Shown: positions 26,851 through 37,558, counted from the first letter of the stretch. The stretch: DNA of 64,000 nucleotides from Acidobacteriota bacterium (GCA_965209055.1 OZ242374.1:4864001-4928000), one strand, 5' to 3'. Made by a program: numbers and translations. Notes: generated from the sequence alone by a model not told the origin.

Positions 26851-29800
26851 GTCGCCCCCTTACACGGGGGCGTGGATTGAAACTCTGATATCAGAAACAC
26901 TTGCCAGGGGGCCTCTGGTCGCCCCCTTACACGGGGGCGTGGATTGAAACACCCCCGCGACCGCAGGCGACTGGTTCCCGAGGACGTCGCCCCCTTACAC
27001 GGGGGCGTGGATTGAAACTGCGTAATCTCCCCACGGGTGACCATCTGGTCCAGGTCGCCCCCTTACACGGGGGCGTGGATTGAAACCCGAATCTCCTGGC
27101 GAGTCCACGGCCGGCGCGCGGGTCGCCCCCTTACACGGGGGCGTGGATTGAAACACCTTCTGATAGATCGGGTCCGGCGCTTCCTCGAGTCGCCCCCTTA
27201 CACGGGGGCGTGGATTGAAACCTGCAACCGGATCAAGGGGAACCGGGGCATGGAGGTCGCCCCCTTACACGGGGGCGTGGATTGAAACACTCTGATGCTG
27301 GTAACTCTCAACGTCGTGTGGGGTCGCCCCCTTACACGGGGGCGTGGATTGAAACCAGGTAGGGGCCTCGTGGACGGCCCAATCATTCGCGTCGCCCCCT
27401 TACACGGGGGCGTGGATTGAAACACTCTGATGCTGGTAACTCTCAACGTCGTGTGGGGTCGCCCCCTTACACGGGGGCGTGGATTGAAACCAGGTAGGGG
27501 CCTCGTGGACGGCCCAATCATTCGCGTCGCCCCCTTACACGGGGGCGTGGATTGAAACAAAACGGCGTCTCCGAGTCCATCTCAGGGCTCCAGTCGCCCC
27601 CTTACACGGGGGCGTGGATTGAAACCGGCTCGTTGTTCGAATAACGAACCCGGTATTTCGGGTCGCCCCCTTACACGGGGGCGTGGATTGAAACTTGACG
27701 AGTCTCAAAAGATTCTGGCGGTGCCTACGTCGCCCCCTTACACGGGGGCGTGGATTGAAACCAGGCCATGAGCAATGCTCTGCCGTCCGAGGTCACGTCG
27801 CCCCCTTACACGGGGGCGTGGATTGAAACACCGACGCAATACTCTGTTCCACCAGGCCCAGTCGTCGCCCCCTTACACGGGGGCGTGGATTGAAACCTAC
27901 GTTATGAAGTCCTTGGGACGGTGCCGGCTCGTCGCCCCCTTACACGGGGGCGTGGATTGAAACTTGATAAACTTGGCCAGGCCCTTCTGCGCCGCCGGTC
28001 GCCCCCTTACACGGGGGCGTGGATTGAAACTGGCATGCGCTTGATCGTCGCGGACTGACTGCCCGTCGCCCCCTTACACGGGGGCGTGGATTGAAACAAC
28101 ACGGAGGGAGCATGACCGACGACAAGCACCGGGTCGCCCCCTTACACGGGGGCGTGGATTGAAACCTTGCGCTCGGCGAAGCTCTGCCGGCGCTGCCGGC
28201 GTCGCCCCCTTACACGGGGGCGTGGATTGAAACCTCGTGTCTTCCATGGCGCTCCTCCTCTGATGCGGTCGCCCCCTTACACGGGGGCGTGGATTGAAAC
28301 AGGAACAATATCCCGACGTTGATTGCCGCTCCGATGTCGCCCCCTTACACGGGGGCGTGGATTGAAACCAAGAGGAGAACCGCACCATGACACCTACCCC
28401 ACGTCGCCCCCTTACACGGGGGCGTGGATTGAAACAAACTGGAACCGGCGTACTGGCGAGCCGTCGAGCGTCGCCCCCTTACACGGGGGCGTGGATTGAA
28501 ACGATCGTCACCGCGGAGCGTGGCCTCCGAGCCCCGTCGCCCCCTTACACGGGGGCGTGGATTGAAACTCGCCGACAACGCCGCCACCGATCCCGACGAC
28601 GGGTCGCCCCCTTACACGGGGGCGTGGATTGAAACTCCAAGACCACCAAAGATAAGGTTTGTTCGGCCCGTCGCCCCCTTACACGGGGGCGTGGATTGAA
28701 ACATTGGTAAATTGAACTGCATCCCGAATGGCCCCGGGTCGCCCCCTTACACGGGGGCGTGGATTGAAACTACCGATTAAACCCTACTGCCCAGGGTGAA
28801 ACTAGTCGCCCCCTTACACGGGGGCGTGGATTGAAACACGGTATTTGCAAATCCGTTCAAATTTGCCAGCAGTCGCCCCCTTACACGGGGGCGTGGATTG
28901 AAACCATGCGGGTGTTGATTGCTTTTTGGTCAACCTGAGTCGCCCCCTTACACGGGGGCGTGGATTGAAACCCAATAGGGCTTGATCAATACAAATGGGT
29001 GAAACGTCGCCCCCTTACACGGGGGCGTGGATTGAAACACCCATATTTCGCTTGGCGAGGCGTGGATTCACGTCGCCCCCTTACACGGGGGCGTGGATTG
29101 AAACTCTATATTGGGCTCTCTTCGTCTCTGATATTCTCGTCGCCCCCTTACACGGGGGCGTGGATTGAAACACCGGAACGGGCGGGATATCACTTCGGAA
29201 TTCACGTCGCCCCCTTACACGGGGGCGTGGATTGAAACCAAGCTCTCTGCAATGGACGGTTGATCGAGGTCAAGTCGCCCCCTTACACGGGGGCGTGGAT
29301 TGAAACCCACCACGCTTCCCGTCGCCACCCGGGAATCGGCGGTCGCCCCCTTACACGGGGGCGTGGATTGAAACTCGGTTGTAGTCTCGATACTTGGCCA
29401 CCCCTTTCAGGTCGCCCCCTTACACGGGGGCGTGGATTGAAACACCCAAAAGATGGCCACGCAGGCTGGATTCTACGGGTCGCCCCCTTACACGGGGGCG
29501 TGGATTGAAACTCTGGCAGCGCGAAGAACCCATTGGGCCGCGTCGTGTCGCCCCCTTACACGGGGGCGTGGATTGAAACTCCAAGGGGCTGACAGCATTG
29601 AAAGTCGCCCTCGTGTCGCCCCCTTACACGGGGGCGTGGATTGAAACACGGAACCCTGTTTCATTGTATGAAAGGATGTAGTCGCCCCCTTACACGGGGG
29701 CGTGGATTGAAACCAAGAAGGGGCATATACCGGGCCGCGTTTTGAAGGTCGCCCCCTTACACGGGGGCGTGGATTGAAACAAATGAACAGGTAGCGGACC

Positions 29801-30452
29801 AAGCAAGAATGATTGTCGCCCCCTTACACGGGGGCGTGGATTGAAACAATATAAGGGTCTAGTTCCTTGCCCGTTCCAACCGTCGCCCCCTTACACGGGG
29901 GCGTGGATTGAAACGACCCGGAGGCCGCACGTGCCTAGAACACCGAAAGTCGCCCCCTTACACGGGGGCGTGGATTGAAACCGCTAAGAACGTGAAGGGC
30001 CTCCACGAGGTCACGTCGCCCCCTTACACGGGGGCGTGGATTGAAACGTCGATCGCTGTCCGTCGCACACGGGCTGAGGAGGTCGCCCCCTTACACGGGG
30101 GCGTGGATTGAAACGATCGTCCGGCTGTCGTCGTCGTCGCGCAGCACGTGTCGCCCCCTTACACGGGGGCGTGGATTGAAACAATTACGGGATTTCAGAG
30201 CACACTGGTCGGGCCGCGTCGCCCCCTTACACGGGGGCGTGGATTGAAACCCACAGACTGGTCAGATGATGCCATCAGCCCGTCGTCGCCCCCTTACACG
30301 GGGGCGTGGATTGAAACCAGCAGGAGGACGAACCATAACTGATTCCTCCAAGTCGCCCCCTTACACGGGGGCGTGGATTGAAACACTCTATTCCCCGCCA
30401 GGTACGGCGGGTCGAGGAAGTCGCCCCCTTACACGGGGGCGTGGATTGAAAC
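26851..30452 (+). CRISPR. Type I-C array, leader-proximal part: 54 repeats
   Basis: 33-bp repeat GTCGCCCCCTTACACGGGGGCGTGGATTGAAAC, spacers 33-36 bp (hand count). Confidence 0.98.
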
Positions 30453-30611
30453 TACACTTTGCGGAGCTGTCAATGGCCGTTGAAAATTGCACACTCTTGG
30501 CCTTCGAAAATTGCACACTTTTGGCCACTGAAAATTGCACAGGTCGCGGGAGCCCCCGTGGCGGTCGCTACGCTCCCTTCACGGGGGCTCCCGCGGCCGG
30601 ACCTGGTCCCC

Positions 30612-31433
30612 TCATGCCCCCCTCCTCCCCAAGCCCGATTCCTGGGCACTGACGGCTCGGGCGGCGGTCGGATGGATCGCCTTCGAGAGCTCCGCGTGGT
30701 GCCTCAACCGGTAGCTATTGCCTCGGATGTTGACGATGTGGCACCGGTGCAGGATCCGGTCCAGAAGCGCCGCCGCCATCACCTCGTCCCCCAAGATCTG
30801 GCCCCATTCCTCGAAGCCCTTGTTCGAGGTCAACACCGTCGAGGCCCGCTCGTAGCGCCGGTTCACCAGTTGGAAGAACAGCACCGCTCCGCTCTGGCTG
30901 ACCGGTAGGTAGCCGATCTCATCCACCACCAGGAGCGCCGGATGGGTCAGGGTCTTGAGCCGGTGGTTGAGCCGGCCCGCCGCTTTCGCTTCCTCCAACG
31001 AGTCAATCAGGTCCACCAACGTGCCGTAGTAGACCCGCCGACCACGCTCGGCCGCGGCGATCGCCAGGCTGATGGCCAAGTGCGTCTTTCCCACCCCGGG
31101 CGGACCCAGGAAGACGATGTTCTCCCGTCGCTTCACGAAGCCCAGCTCGTGCAGCGAGTCGATCTGCTCCCGCTTGATCGAAGGCTGGAAGCTGAAGTCG
31201 AACTCCGCGAGCGTCTTGATCGTCGGCAGTCGGCTGGAACGCATCGCCGCCTCCAGCCGCCGGCTGTTGCGCAGGGCGATCTGGGCCGCCAGGAGCCGTT
31301 CGATGGCTTCCGAGGCGGTGGTCCCTCCACCATCCACTCCGGAGAGTACGCTATCCAGGGCTTCCAGGGCACCCGGCATCTTCAGGTCCGCCAGCTGGGC
31401 GGCGATGCGCTCACGACGGGAAGGGAGGTTCAC
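30612..31433 (-). CDS. istB: IS21 helper ATPase IstB
   Basis: GPPGVGKTHLA, LLVVDEIGY, LTSNKGF, ALLDRILH, GNSYRL; GTGA overlap with the istA stop. Confidence 0.95.
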   Translation of the reverse strand: MNLPSRRERIAAQLADLKMPGALEALDSVLSGVDGGGTTASEAIERLLAAQIALRNSRRLEAAMRSSRLPTIKTLAEFDFSFQPSIKREQIDSLHELGFVKRRENIVFLGPPGVGKTHLAISLAIAAAERGRRVYYGTLVDLIDSLEEAKAAGRLNHRLKTLTHPALLVVDEIGYLPVSQSGAVLFFQLVNRRYERASTVLTSNKGFEEWGQILGDEVMAAALLDRILHRCHIVNIRGNSYRLRHHAELSKAIHPTAARAVSAQESGLGRRGA

Positions 31434-32470
31434 GACACCCCTCCCGTGAGGCGGGCATACTCGGTCAGGGGACGGCGCTCGACGTCCACCATACGCGGCC
31501 AGTTCGTCGCCGGTACCGGAGTTGCCGACGGCTTCGGCAGTGGAACCACAGTGGAGTGGTAAGGCCAAGTGGCCAAAGGAGTTAGAGTCTCACGCTCCCG
31601 CTCGAACCGGTCCACGGGCCGTTCCTTGAGCGTCCCGTGGTTGCGGACATTGGCCTCTTCGTCCCGCCACTTCCGAGCCCGGGCGTTGAGATCGGTGTCC
31701 GAGACGAAGTCCCGGCCATAGAAGAAACTCTCCCGAATGTAGCGGACCGGCCGCTCCACCTTCCCCTTCGTCTGAGCTCGATAGGGTCGGCAGGCCCGCA
31801 CCCGAAAACCCCAGTGGCGGCTGAAGCGAACGAACTCCCGGTTCTCGATCAACCGTCCGCCCTCTTCGCGCCCATCCCGGACGATGACCGCCTTCATCTG
31901 GTCGAACAGAAGTTCCCCAGGGACACCCCCGAAGTAAGTGAACGAGGCCTCCAGGCCCCGCATCACCACCGGCATCGTCTTGCGCTCGTAGTACCGAAAC
32001 CACAACAACCGGGAGTAGCCCAGCACCACGATCAGGGCGTACCGCTTGCCCCACGGCAACCGGAAATCCGCAAAGTCCACTTGCCCTTGGTGCCCCGGAG
32101 GGGTCTCGAACCGTTGGACCGGTTCCTGGACCACCCGCGGCCGCACTTGGCGAACGTAGCGCTTCACCTGTCCGTAGGCCCCGGGATAACCCGCCTTCCG
32201 GACTTCCCGGAACAGCCGCGTCGCCGTCAACTTCGGATACTCGGCCAGACGAGCGTCGATGATCGCCTTGTACGGATCCAGCTTCGACCGCACAGACCGC
32301 CTCGGTCCGTACTGGGCCGGTTCCTCCTTCTCTCCCCGGTTCAACTGGCCCGTCTTGATCCAGTAGTAGACCGTCCGCCGGCTGACTCCCAACTGCCGCG
32401 CGATGGCGGCCTTGATCATTCCTTGCTCCAGATAGTGTCGCAGCAGCACCCTCTTGTCGCTCCCAAACAT
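31430..32470 (-). CDS. istA: IS21 transposase IstA
   Basis: N-terminal HTH, SKLDPY, RFETPPG.QGQVDF, FDQMK, CRPYRAQTKGKVER. Confidence 0.95.
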   Translation of the reverse strand: MFGSDKRVLLRHYLEQGMIKAAIARQLGVSRRTVYYWIKTGQLNRGEKEEPAQYGPRRSVRSKLDPYKAIIDARLAEYPKLTATRLFREVRKAGYPGAYGQVKRYVRQVRPRVVQEPVQRFETPPGHQGQVDFADFRLPWGKRYALIVVLGYSRLLWFRYYERKTMPVVMRGLEASFTYFGGVPGELLFDQMKAVIVRDGREEGGRLIENREFVRFSRHWGFRVRACRPYRAQTKGKVERPVRYIRESFFYGRDFVSDTDLNARARKWRDEEANVRNHGTLKERPVDRFERERETLTPLATWPYHSTVVPLPKPSATPVPATNWPRMVDVERRPLTEYARLTGGVS

Positions 32471-32678
32471 AACGTCTCCTCCTCTCGGTAGAGACGCTAG
32501 GTAACAAAATCTCGCCCCCGCGGCGAACTTCTCGAGAACCTCCTTGTGGCTCCCCCCTAAAAGCCTCTTCAGGAACCAAAAGTGTGCAATTTTCCATGGC
32601 CACATCTGCGCAACTTTCGACGGCCACATCTGTGCAATTTTCCATGGCCGCCAACAACTGGCCGCAAAAAAGACGGAC

Positions 32679-32913
32679 GTCGCCCCCTTACACGGGGGCG
32701 TGGATTGAAACAGCCGGTCCAAGGGATTCAAGGTGCGCGCCACAGGTCGCCCCCTTACACGGGGGCGTGGATTGAAACCTATGTAGCGCCTGGGGGTACT
32801 GACGCATAAGAAGTCGCCCCCTTACACGGGGGCGTGGATTGAAACTATGTGAATGAGTACAACGTCCGGCGGTTGTACGGGTCGCCCCCTTACACGGGGG
32901 CGTGGATTGAAAC
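32679..32913 (+). CRISPR. Type I-C array, distal part: 4 repeats
   Basis: Identical repeats at 32679, 32746, 32813 and 32881. Confidence 0.97.
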
Positions 32914-32944
32914 GATCATCGGAGGCCGAGCAGCCGGCAAGGCC

Positions 32945-33450
32945 AGGGCTCCCGGCTCTACGCGCTCATCCAGGAATTCTCGGAGCGTATCGCCCTTGGT
33001 GTCGTCCACCACCTTCGCCACCACCCGATTGGTCTTCCGGTCCTTTACGTCGGTCACGGCGGTCATATCGCGGGGGCCCCGGCCTTCCATCTTGGCCCGA
33101 TCTGACTTCGGCTTGTTCTTCCATGTCCCGCCGACATAGGTGGTGTCGGTTTCCACCGGACCTTCAAACTTCTACTCCGGCCAGAAGTTCCAGGCTTGCC
33201 GGAGCCGGTGCGCCATGAACCAGGCACTCTTTTGCGAGATCTCAAGCTCCCGATGGAGCTTCATGGACGAAACGCTCTTGAGATCGTGGTAAACAGATAG
33301 ACGGCAAAGAGCCGATTCTGATAGCCGATCTTGGACCCTTCCATGAAGGTTCCAGTCTTGACGCTGAAATTCTTGCCGCAACCCTTCTCGCGGCAATGGA
33401 AGGGCATGGTCTTATGCTTGCATCCGGTCCGGACGTTGGCGATCAGGGGT
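32945..33450 (-). pseudogene. IS1595-family transposase remnant
   Basis: Fragments in several frames: zinc-ribbon C...CGKNFSVKTGT, SSMKLHRELEISQKSAWFMAHRLR, ETDTTYVGG..KNK, VKDRKTNRVVAKVV. Confidence 0.8.
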
Positions 33451-33592
33451 TACGCAATCCGCTGGAGCACCCGCTCCAATTCACGACCGGAGACGCCAAT
33501 CTCTAGAGCTCGCTTGTGGAACCCATAGGGAACCTTTCCTGAACGAACCCGACATTTAAGAGAGGAAAAATCCTGTAAACCATTGAAAATAT

Positions 33593-33668
33593 TGGTGGAG
33601 CTGATGGGATTCGAACCCACGACCCCCTGAATGCCATTCAGGTACTCTTCCAACTGAGCTACAGCCCC
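33593..33668 (-). tRNA. tRNA-Ala(GGC)
   Basis: GGGGCTGTAGCTCAGTTGGAAGAGTACCTGAATGGCATTCAGGGGGTCGTGGGTTCGAATCCCATCAGCTCCACCA, 76 nt, anticodon GGC, G3:U70 pair, CCA encoded. Confidence 0.97.
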
Positions 33669-33819
33669 ACGCTGAAGAGTTTGGAGGAGGAACTTTAGCA
33701 CGTTTGCCGCCTGGACATAAAGCGGCGGCGAGGAGCGGCGGCTTCCAGCCGCCGAACTCCCGAGTGGCAATCCACCCCGGCCGGTGAGAGACCACAAGTC
33801 TCCATACACATCCTTGCAC

Positions 33820-34413
33820 TCAGGGATAGAGGCGTCTCACCGTCCAACCCTGGCCGGTCTTCTCGTAGAGCAGCCGATCATTGAGACGGAAGGACCGTCC
33901 GGTCCAGAATTCGATGCGATGGGGGATCACCCGGAAGCCGGACCAGAACTCGGGACGCGGAACGTCCGAGCCCGGGTACTTGGCTTCGTAGGCGACGACC
34001 TCGGAAATCAGCCGGGCTCGGTCGGCCAGGGGACGAGATTGCCTCGAAGCCCACGCTCCCAACTGGCTGATCCGGGAACGGGTCACCCAGTAGAGATCCG
34101 CCTCCACCGGGCTCACTTCCTGAACCGGACCCTCCACCACCGCCTGCTCCCAATAGGGGTCCCAATAGAAACAGAGGGCCGCCCAGGAATTGGCGGCCAG
34201 TTGCTCCCCCTTGCGGCTCTCCCGGTTCGTGTAGAAGACGAAGCCATCCCGCCCGAAATCCTTGAGCAGGACGGTCCGGGCCGAGGGCCGTCCCCGATCG
34301 TCCGCCGTGGCCAGCGTCATGGCCGTAGGTTGGCGAATCAACCCCTCTTCCCGCCCCCGGCGAAGCCTGCGGGCGAACTCCTCCAGCGCCTCCTGGTACA
34401 GATCCCGGTTCAC
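33820..34413 (-). CDS. pdxH: Pyridoxine/pyridoxamine 5'-phosphate oxidase
   Basis: AMTLAT, PSARTVLLK, FYTNRESRKG, SQLGAWASRQS, EFW.GR..RL.DR, RLYP. Confidence 0.95.
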   Translation of the reverse strand: MNRDLYQEALEEFARRLRRGREEGLIRQPTAMTLATADDRGRPSARTVLLKDFGRDGFVFYTNRESRKGEQLAANSWAALCFYWDPYWEQAVVEGPVQEVSPVEADLYWVTRSRISQLGAWASRQSRPLADRARLISEVVAYEAKYPGSDVPRPEFWSGFRVIPHRIEFWTGRSFRLNDRLLYEKTGQGWTVRRLYP

Positions 34414-34852
34414 GTTCCGCTCCCTTTGACCTGCACGATAGTGCCCGCCATCGGTGGATTCAAGAAACTATGGAGAGGGGAACCGGTCAGAATCGAAGCA
34501 GCGGGGAGGTACCGGGGAAAATCCAAGTTACTAGTTGCATCCCAGGCTCAATTCGTAATGGCGTCCCCCGGCACGTCCCGCTACTTCTTGGTTGCTCCGT
34601 TGTCTAGCAAGTCCCGTGCCGAAGTTCTGCTGAAGCCTCGTAAACCGTTTAATTTCAACTACTAAGACGATTCCAGCACAGAGCCTCCGGCAGAGGTCTC
34701 GGAACGAAAATCCAATATTCTGGTTCGAAGAGGATCCGCTATTTTCCTAAACCACTAATAAAAAAGGATTTACAGCATACGATAATCTGAATCTCAGGGA
34801 GGCCCCACCAGGTCGCGGCAGGTATCGTCGCGCCGCATCCGCAAAGTGTAGG

Positions 34853-36382
34853 ATGATTCACGGAATGTATCTCGGCGTGGATTGCGGCACCCAGAGCCTC
34901 AAGGTCATCGTCTGGGACCCCGGCTCCGAATCGCTGATCTCGAGCTCCCAGGGCTACGGCCTGATTTCCGGACTCCCTCCCGGACACAAGGAGCAGCATC
35001 CTCAGACCTGGATCGAAGCCCTGGACGCATGCATGGAACGGCTTGCCGGACAGGGCGCCGGCCTGTCACGGGTACGAGCCATCGGCGTCTCCGGGCAGCA
35101 ACACGGACTCGTGCTCCTGGACCGGTCGGACCGGGTCCTGAGACCGGCCAAGCTCTGGAACGACACCAGCACCGGCGCCCAGTGCCGGCGGATTCTGGAA
35201 ACGGCCGGCGGGCTGGACGCCTACAGGGAGGAGATCGGCAACAGTCTTCCCCCCGGATTCACCGCCTCGAAGATCCTGTGGGTGAAGGAGAACGAACCCG
35301 ACACCTACCGGCGGGCTGACACCTTCCTCCTGCCCCACGACTACCTGAACCTGCACCTGACCGGCGAGAAGACGGCCGAAGCGGGCGACGCCTCCGGGAC
35401 GGGATACTTCCAGGTGGCCGGGAGAGCCTGGTCGGAGCGCGCTCTGAAGTGGCTCGATCCCGCGCGCGACCTGGCAGCCTGCCTGCCCCGCCTCATCGGC
35501 GCCCGGGAACCGGCTGGAACGCTGAGACCGAGTCTCGCTGGGAAATGGGGACTCCCGGCCGGGGTCCGGGTCAGCTCGGGTGGCGGCGACAACATGATGG
35601 GCGCCATCGGCTCCGGGAACGTCTCGGGCGGCAAGATCACCGTCAGCCTGGGAACCTCAGGAACCTTGTACGGCTACAGCTCCACTCCCGTGCTGGACCC
35701 GCAGGGCGAGATCGCGGGCTTCTGCGACAGCACGGGAGGCTGGCTTCCGCTGGCCTGCACCATGAACGTGACGGTGGCCACCGAGATGGTCCGGACCGGG
35801 TTCTCCCTGGCGTCACTGGAAGAATTCAACCGCCGGATCGAGGCGGTCCCTCCCGGCTCCGACGGGTTGATTCTGTTGCCCTACCTGGAGGGGGAGCGAA
35901 TGCCCGACGTCCCGGAGGGGACGGGTGTCCTGCTGGGTCTGCGTCCCCGAACCGCCCTTCCCGGCCATCTGGCCAGGGCCAGCATGGAGGGCGTCACCCT
36001 GGGTCTCCGCTACGGGCTGGACCGCCTCCGGGAACTGGGCGCCCGGCCCGACGAGATCCGGCTCATGGGAGGAGGTTCCAGGAGCCGCGTCTGGCGGCAA
36101 ATCGCGGCCGACGTCTTCGGATGCCCCGTGGTCTCCCTGAGCCAGGAGGAAGGACCGGCCTTCGGCGCCGCCCTGCAGGCCGCCTGGTGCCGCGAAGAGG
36201 AGAGTCTCGAAACCTGGGTGGAACGATTCGTCCGGCTGGATGGATCCAGCCGCCGGTTGCCGTCCCGATCCGGACAGGAGCTCTATGAGCAGGTCTATTC
36301 CGTGTACCGGGAACTCAGCGACACGCTCATCGCCAGCCCCGTCTTTGCCGGCCATCGGCAACTGATCAACAGAAAGGACTGA
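34853..36382 (+). CDS. xylB: Xylulokinase
   Basis: LGVDCGTQS, SGQQHG, AKLWND, GGGDN..GAIG, SLGTSG, GER; adjacent to xylA. Start may be 34865. Confidence 0.92.
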   Translation: MIHGMYLGVDCGTQSLKVIVWDPGSESLISSSQGYGLISGLPPGHKEQHPQTWIEALDACMERLAGQGAGLSRVRAIGVSGQQHGLVLLDRSDRVLRPAKLWNDTSTGAQCRRILETAGGLDAYREEIGNSLPPGFTASKILWVKENEPDTYRRADTFLLPHDYLNLHLTGEKTAEAGDASGTGYFQVAGRAWSERALKWLDPARDLAACLPRLIGAREPAGTLRPSLAGKWGLPAGVRVSSGGGDNMMGAIGSGNVSGGKITVSLGTSGTLYGYSSTPVLDPQGEIAGFCDSTGGWLPLACTMNVTVATEMVRTGFSLASLEEFNRRIEAVPPGSDGLILLPYLEGERMPDVPEGTGVLLGLRPRTALPGHLARASMEGVTLGLRYGLDRLRELGARPDEIRLMGGGSRSRVWRQIAADVFGCPVVSLSQEEGPAFGAALQAAWCREEESLETWVERFVRLDGSSRRLPSRSGQELYEQVYSVYRELSDTLIASPVFAGHRQLINRKD

Positions 36383-36385
36383 TCC

Positions 36386-37558
36386 ATGAACGCCGATTAT
36401 CGACCGACCCCGGAGGACAAGTTCAGCTTCGGACTTTGGACGGTGGGCAATCCGGGCCGCGACCCCTTCGGCGGACCGACCCGGTCCTCCATCCCTCCGG
36501 CGCGCCTGGTGCAGTTGCTCGGAGAAGAGGGGGCTTACGGGGTCAACTTCCACGACAACGATCTGATCCCCATCGACGCCACGCCACGGGAGAGAGCCCG
36601 GATCCTGCGCGACTTCAAGCAGGCCATGTCCGATTACAACGTCTGCGTTCCCATGGCCACCACCAACCTTTTCAGCGAGCCGGTCTTCAAGGACGGAGCC
36701 TTCACGTCGCACGACGCCGACGTGCGCGCCTATGCGTTGCAGAAAACCATGCGGGCCATCGACCTGGGGGCGGAGCTGGGCGCTCGGGTCTACGTCTTCT
36801 GGGGAGGACGCGAGGGGGCCGAGGTGGACGCGGCCAAGGACGCCTCGGAGGCCATCAAACGCATGCGCGAGTGCCTCAACTTCCTCATCGGCTACGTCAA
36901 GGACAACGGCTACGACCTGAAATTCGCCCTGGAGGCCAAGCCCAACGAACCGCGGGGCGACATCTACTTCGCCACCACGGGAGCCATGCTGGCGTTTACC
37001 TACACCCTGGACGATCCGGACATGGTGGGCGTCAATCCGGAGTTGGCCCACGAGCACATGGCCGGATTGAACTTCTACCACGCGGTGGCCCAGGCCTGGG
37101 AGGCCGGAAAGTTGTTCCACATCGACCTCAACGATCAGAAGCCGAACCGCTTCGACCAGGATCTCCGGTTCGGGTCGGAAGGACTGAAGGCGGCCTTCTT
37201 CCTGGTCAAGTTCCTGGAGGAGGTGGGGTATTCCGGCCCGCGCCACTTCGACGCCCACGCCTACCGGACGGAGGACGAGGAAGGCGTCCGGGACTTCGCC
37301 GCCGGATGCATGCGCACCTACCTGATCCTCAAGGAGAAGGCGCGCCGCTTCGCCGAAGACCCGGAGATCCAGGAGATCCTGGCGGAACTGCGGGGAAGGG
37401 GCTCGCTGGTCCCGGCCGGCGAATTCCGGACCTACACCCCGGAGGCTGCCCGGAACATCCTGGAGGCTCCGCTGGACCGCCATCGCCTGGCGCGGCGCAA
37501 ACTGCGGCACGAACGCCTGGACCAGTTGACGGTGGACCTGCTGCTGGGAGTCCGCTGA
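36386..37558 (+). CDS. xylA: Xylose isomerase (short class I type)
   Basis: [54 protein letters not shown]. Confidence 0.96.
   Translation: MNADYRPTPEDKFSFGLWTVGNPGRDPFGGPTRSSIPPARLVQLLGEEGAYGVNFHDNDLIPIDATPRERARILRDFKQAMSDYNVCVPMATTNLFSEPVFKDGAFTSHDADVRAYALQKTMRAIDLGAELGARVYVFWGGREGAEVDAAKDASEAIKRMRECLNFLIGYVKDNGYDLKFALEAKPNEPRGDIYFATTGAMLAFTYTLDDPDMVGVNPELAHEHMAGLNFYHAVAQAWEAGKLFHIDLNDQKPNRFDQDLRFGSEGLKAAFFLVKFLEEVGYSGPRHFDAHAYRTEDEEGVRDFAAGCMRTYLILKEKARRFAEDPEIQEILAELRGRGSLVPAGEFRTYTPEAARNILEAPLDRHRLARRKLRHERLDQLTVDLLLGVR

Larger units (their letters stand above)
30468..32656 (-). mobile_element. IS21-family element inserted in a CRISPR spacer
   Basis: Terminal IRs TGTCAATGGCCGTTGAAAATTGCACA / TGTTGGCGGCCATGGAAAATTGCACA; triple subterminal AAAATTGCAC-type repeats at both ends; istA-istB. 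Confidence 0.93.
12015..33641. mobile_element. ~21.6 kb genomic island integrated in tRNA-Ala(GGC), carrying type I-C CRISPR-Cas
   Basis: 50-bp direct repeats at both ends, integrase next to the left att, matching arm-type-like repeats at 12193-12210 and 33517-33534. Confidence 0.92.

Noticed and set aside
26744-30652. Many short ORFs with repeating SPPYTGAWIET / FQSTPPCKGAT peptides
   Set aside because: They are translations of the CRISPR repeats.
30468-32656. IS21 plus type I-C as a CRISPR-associated transposon
   Set aside because: No TnsABC/TniQ, cas3 is intact, and the IS has its own ends and disrupts a spacer.
26851-32913. Self-targeting spacers in the main array
   Set aside because: None noticed by eye within the window, but an exhaustive alignment could not be run, so no claim is made either way.
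34420-34850. AT-richer intergenic stretch between pdxH and xylB as an ncRNA or att site
   Set aside because: No convincing structure or duplicated partner found; likely divergent promoters.
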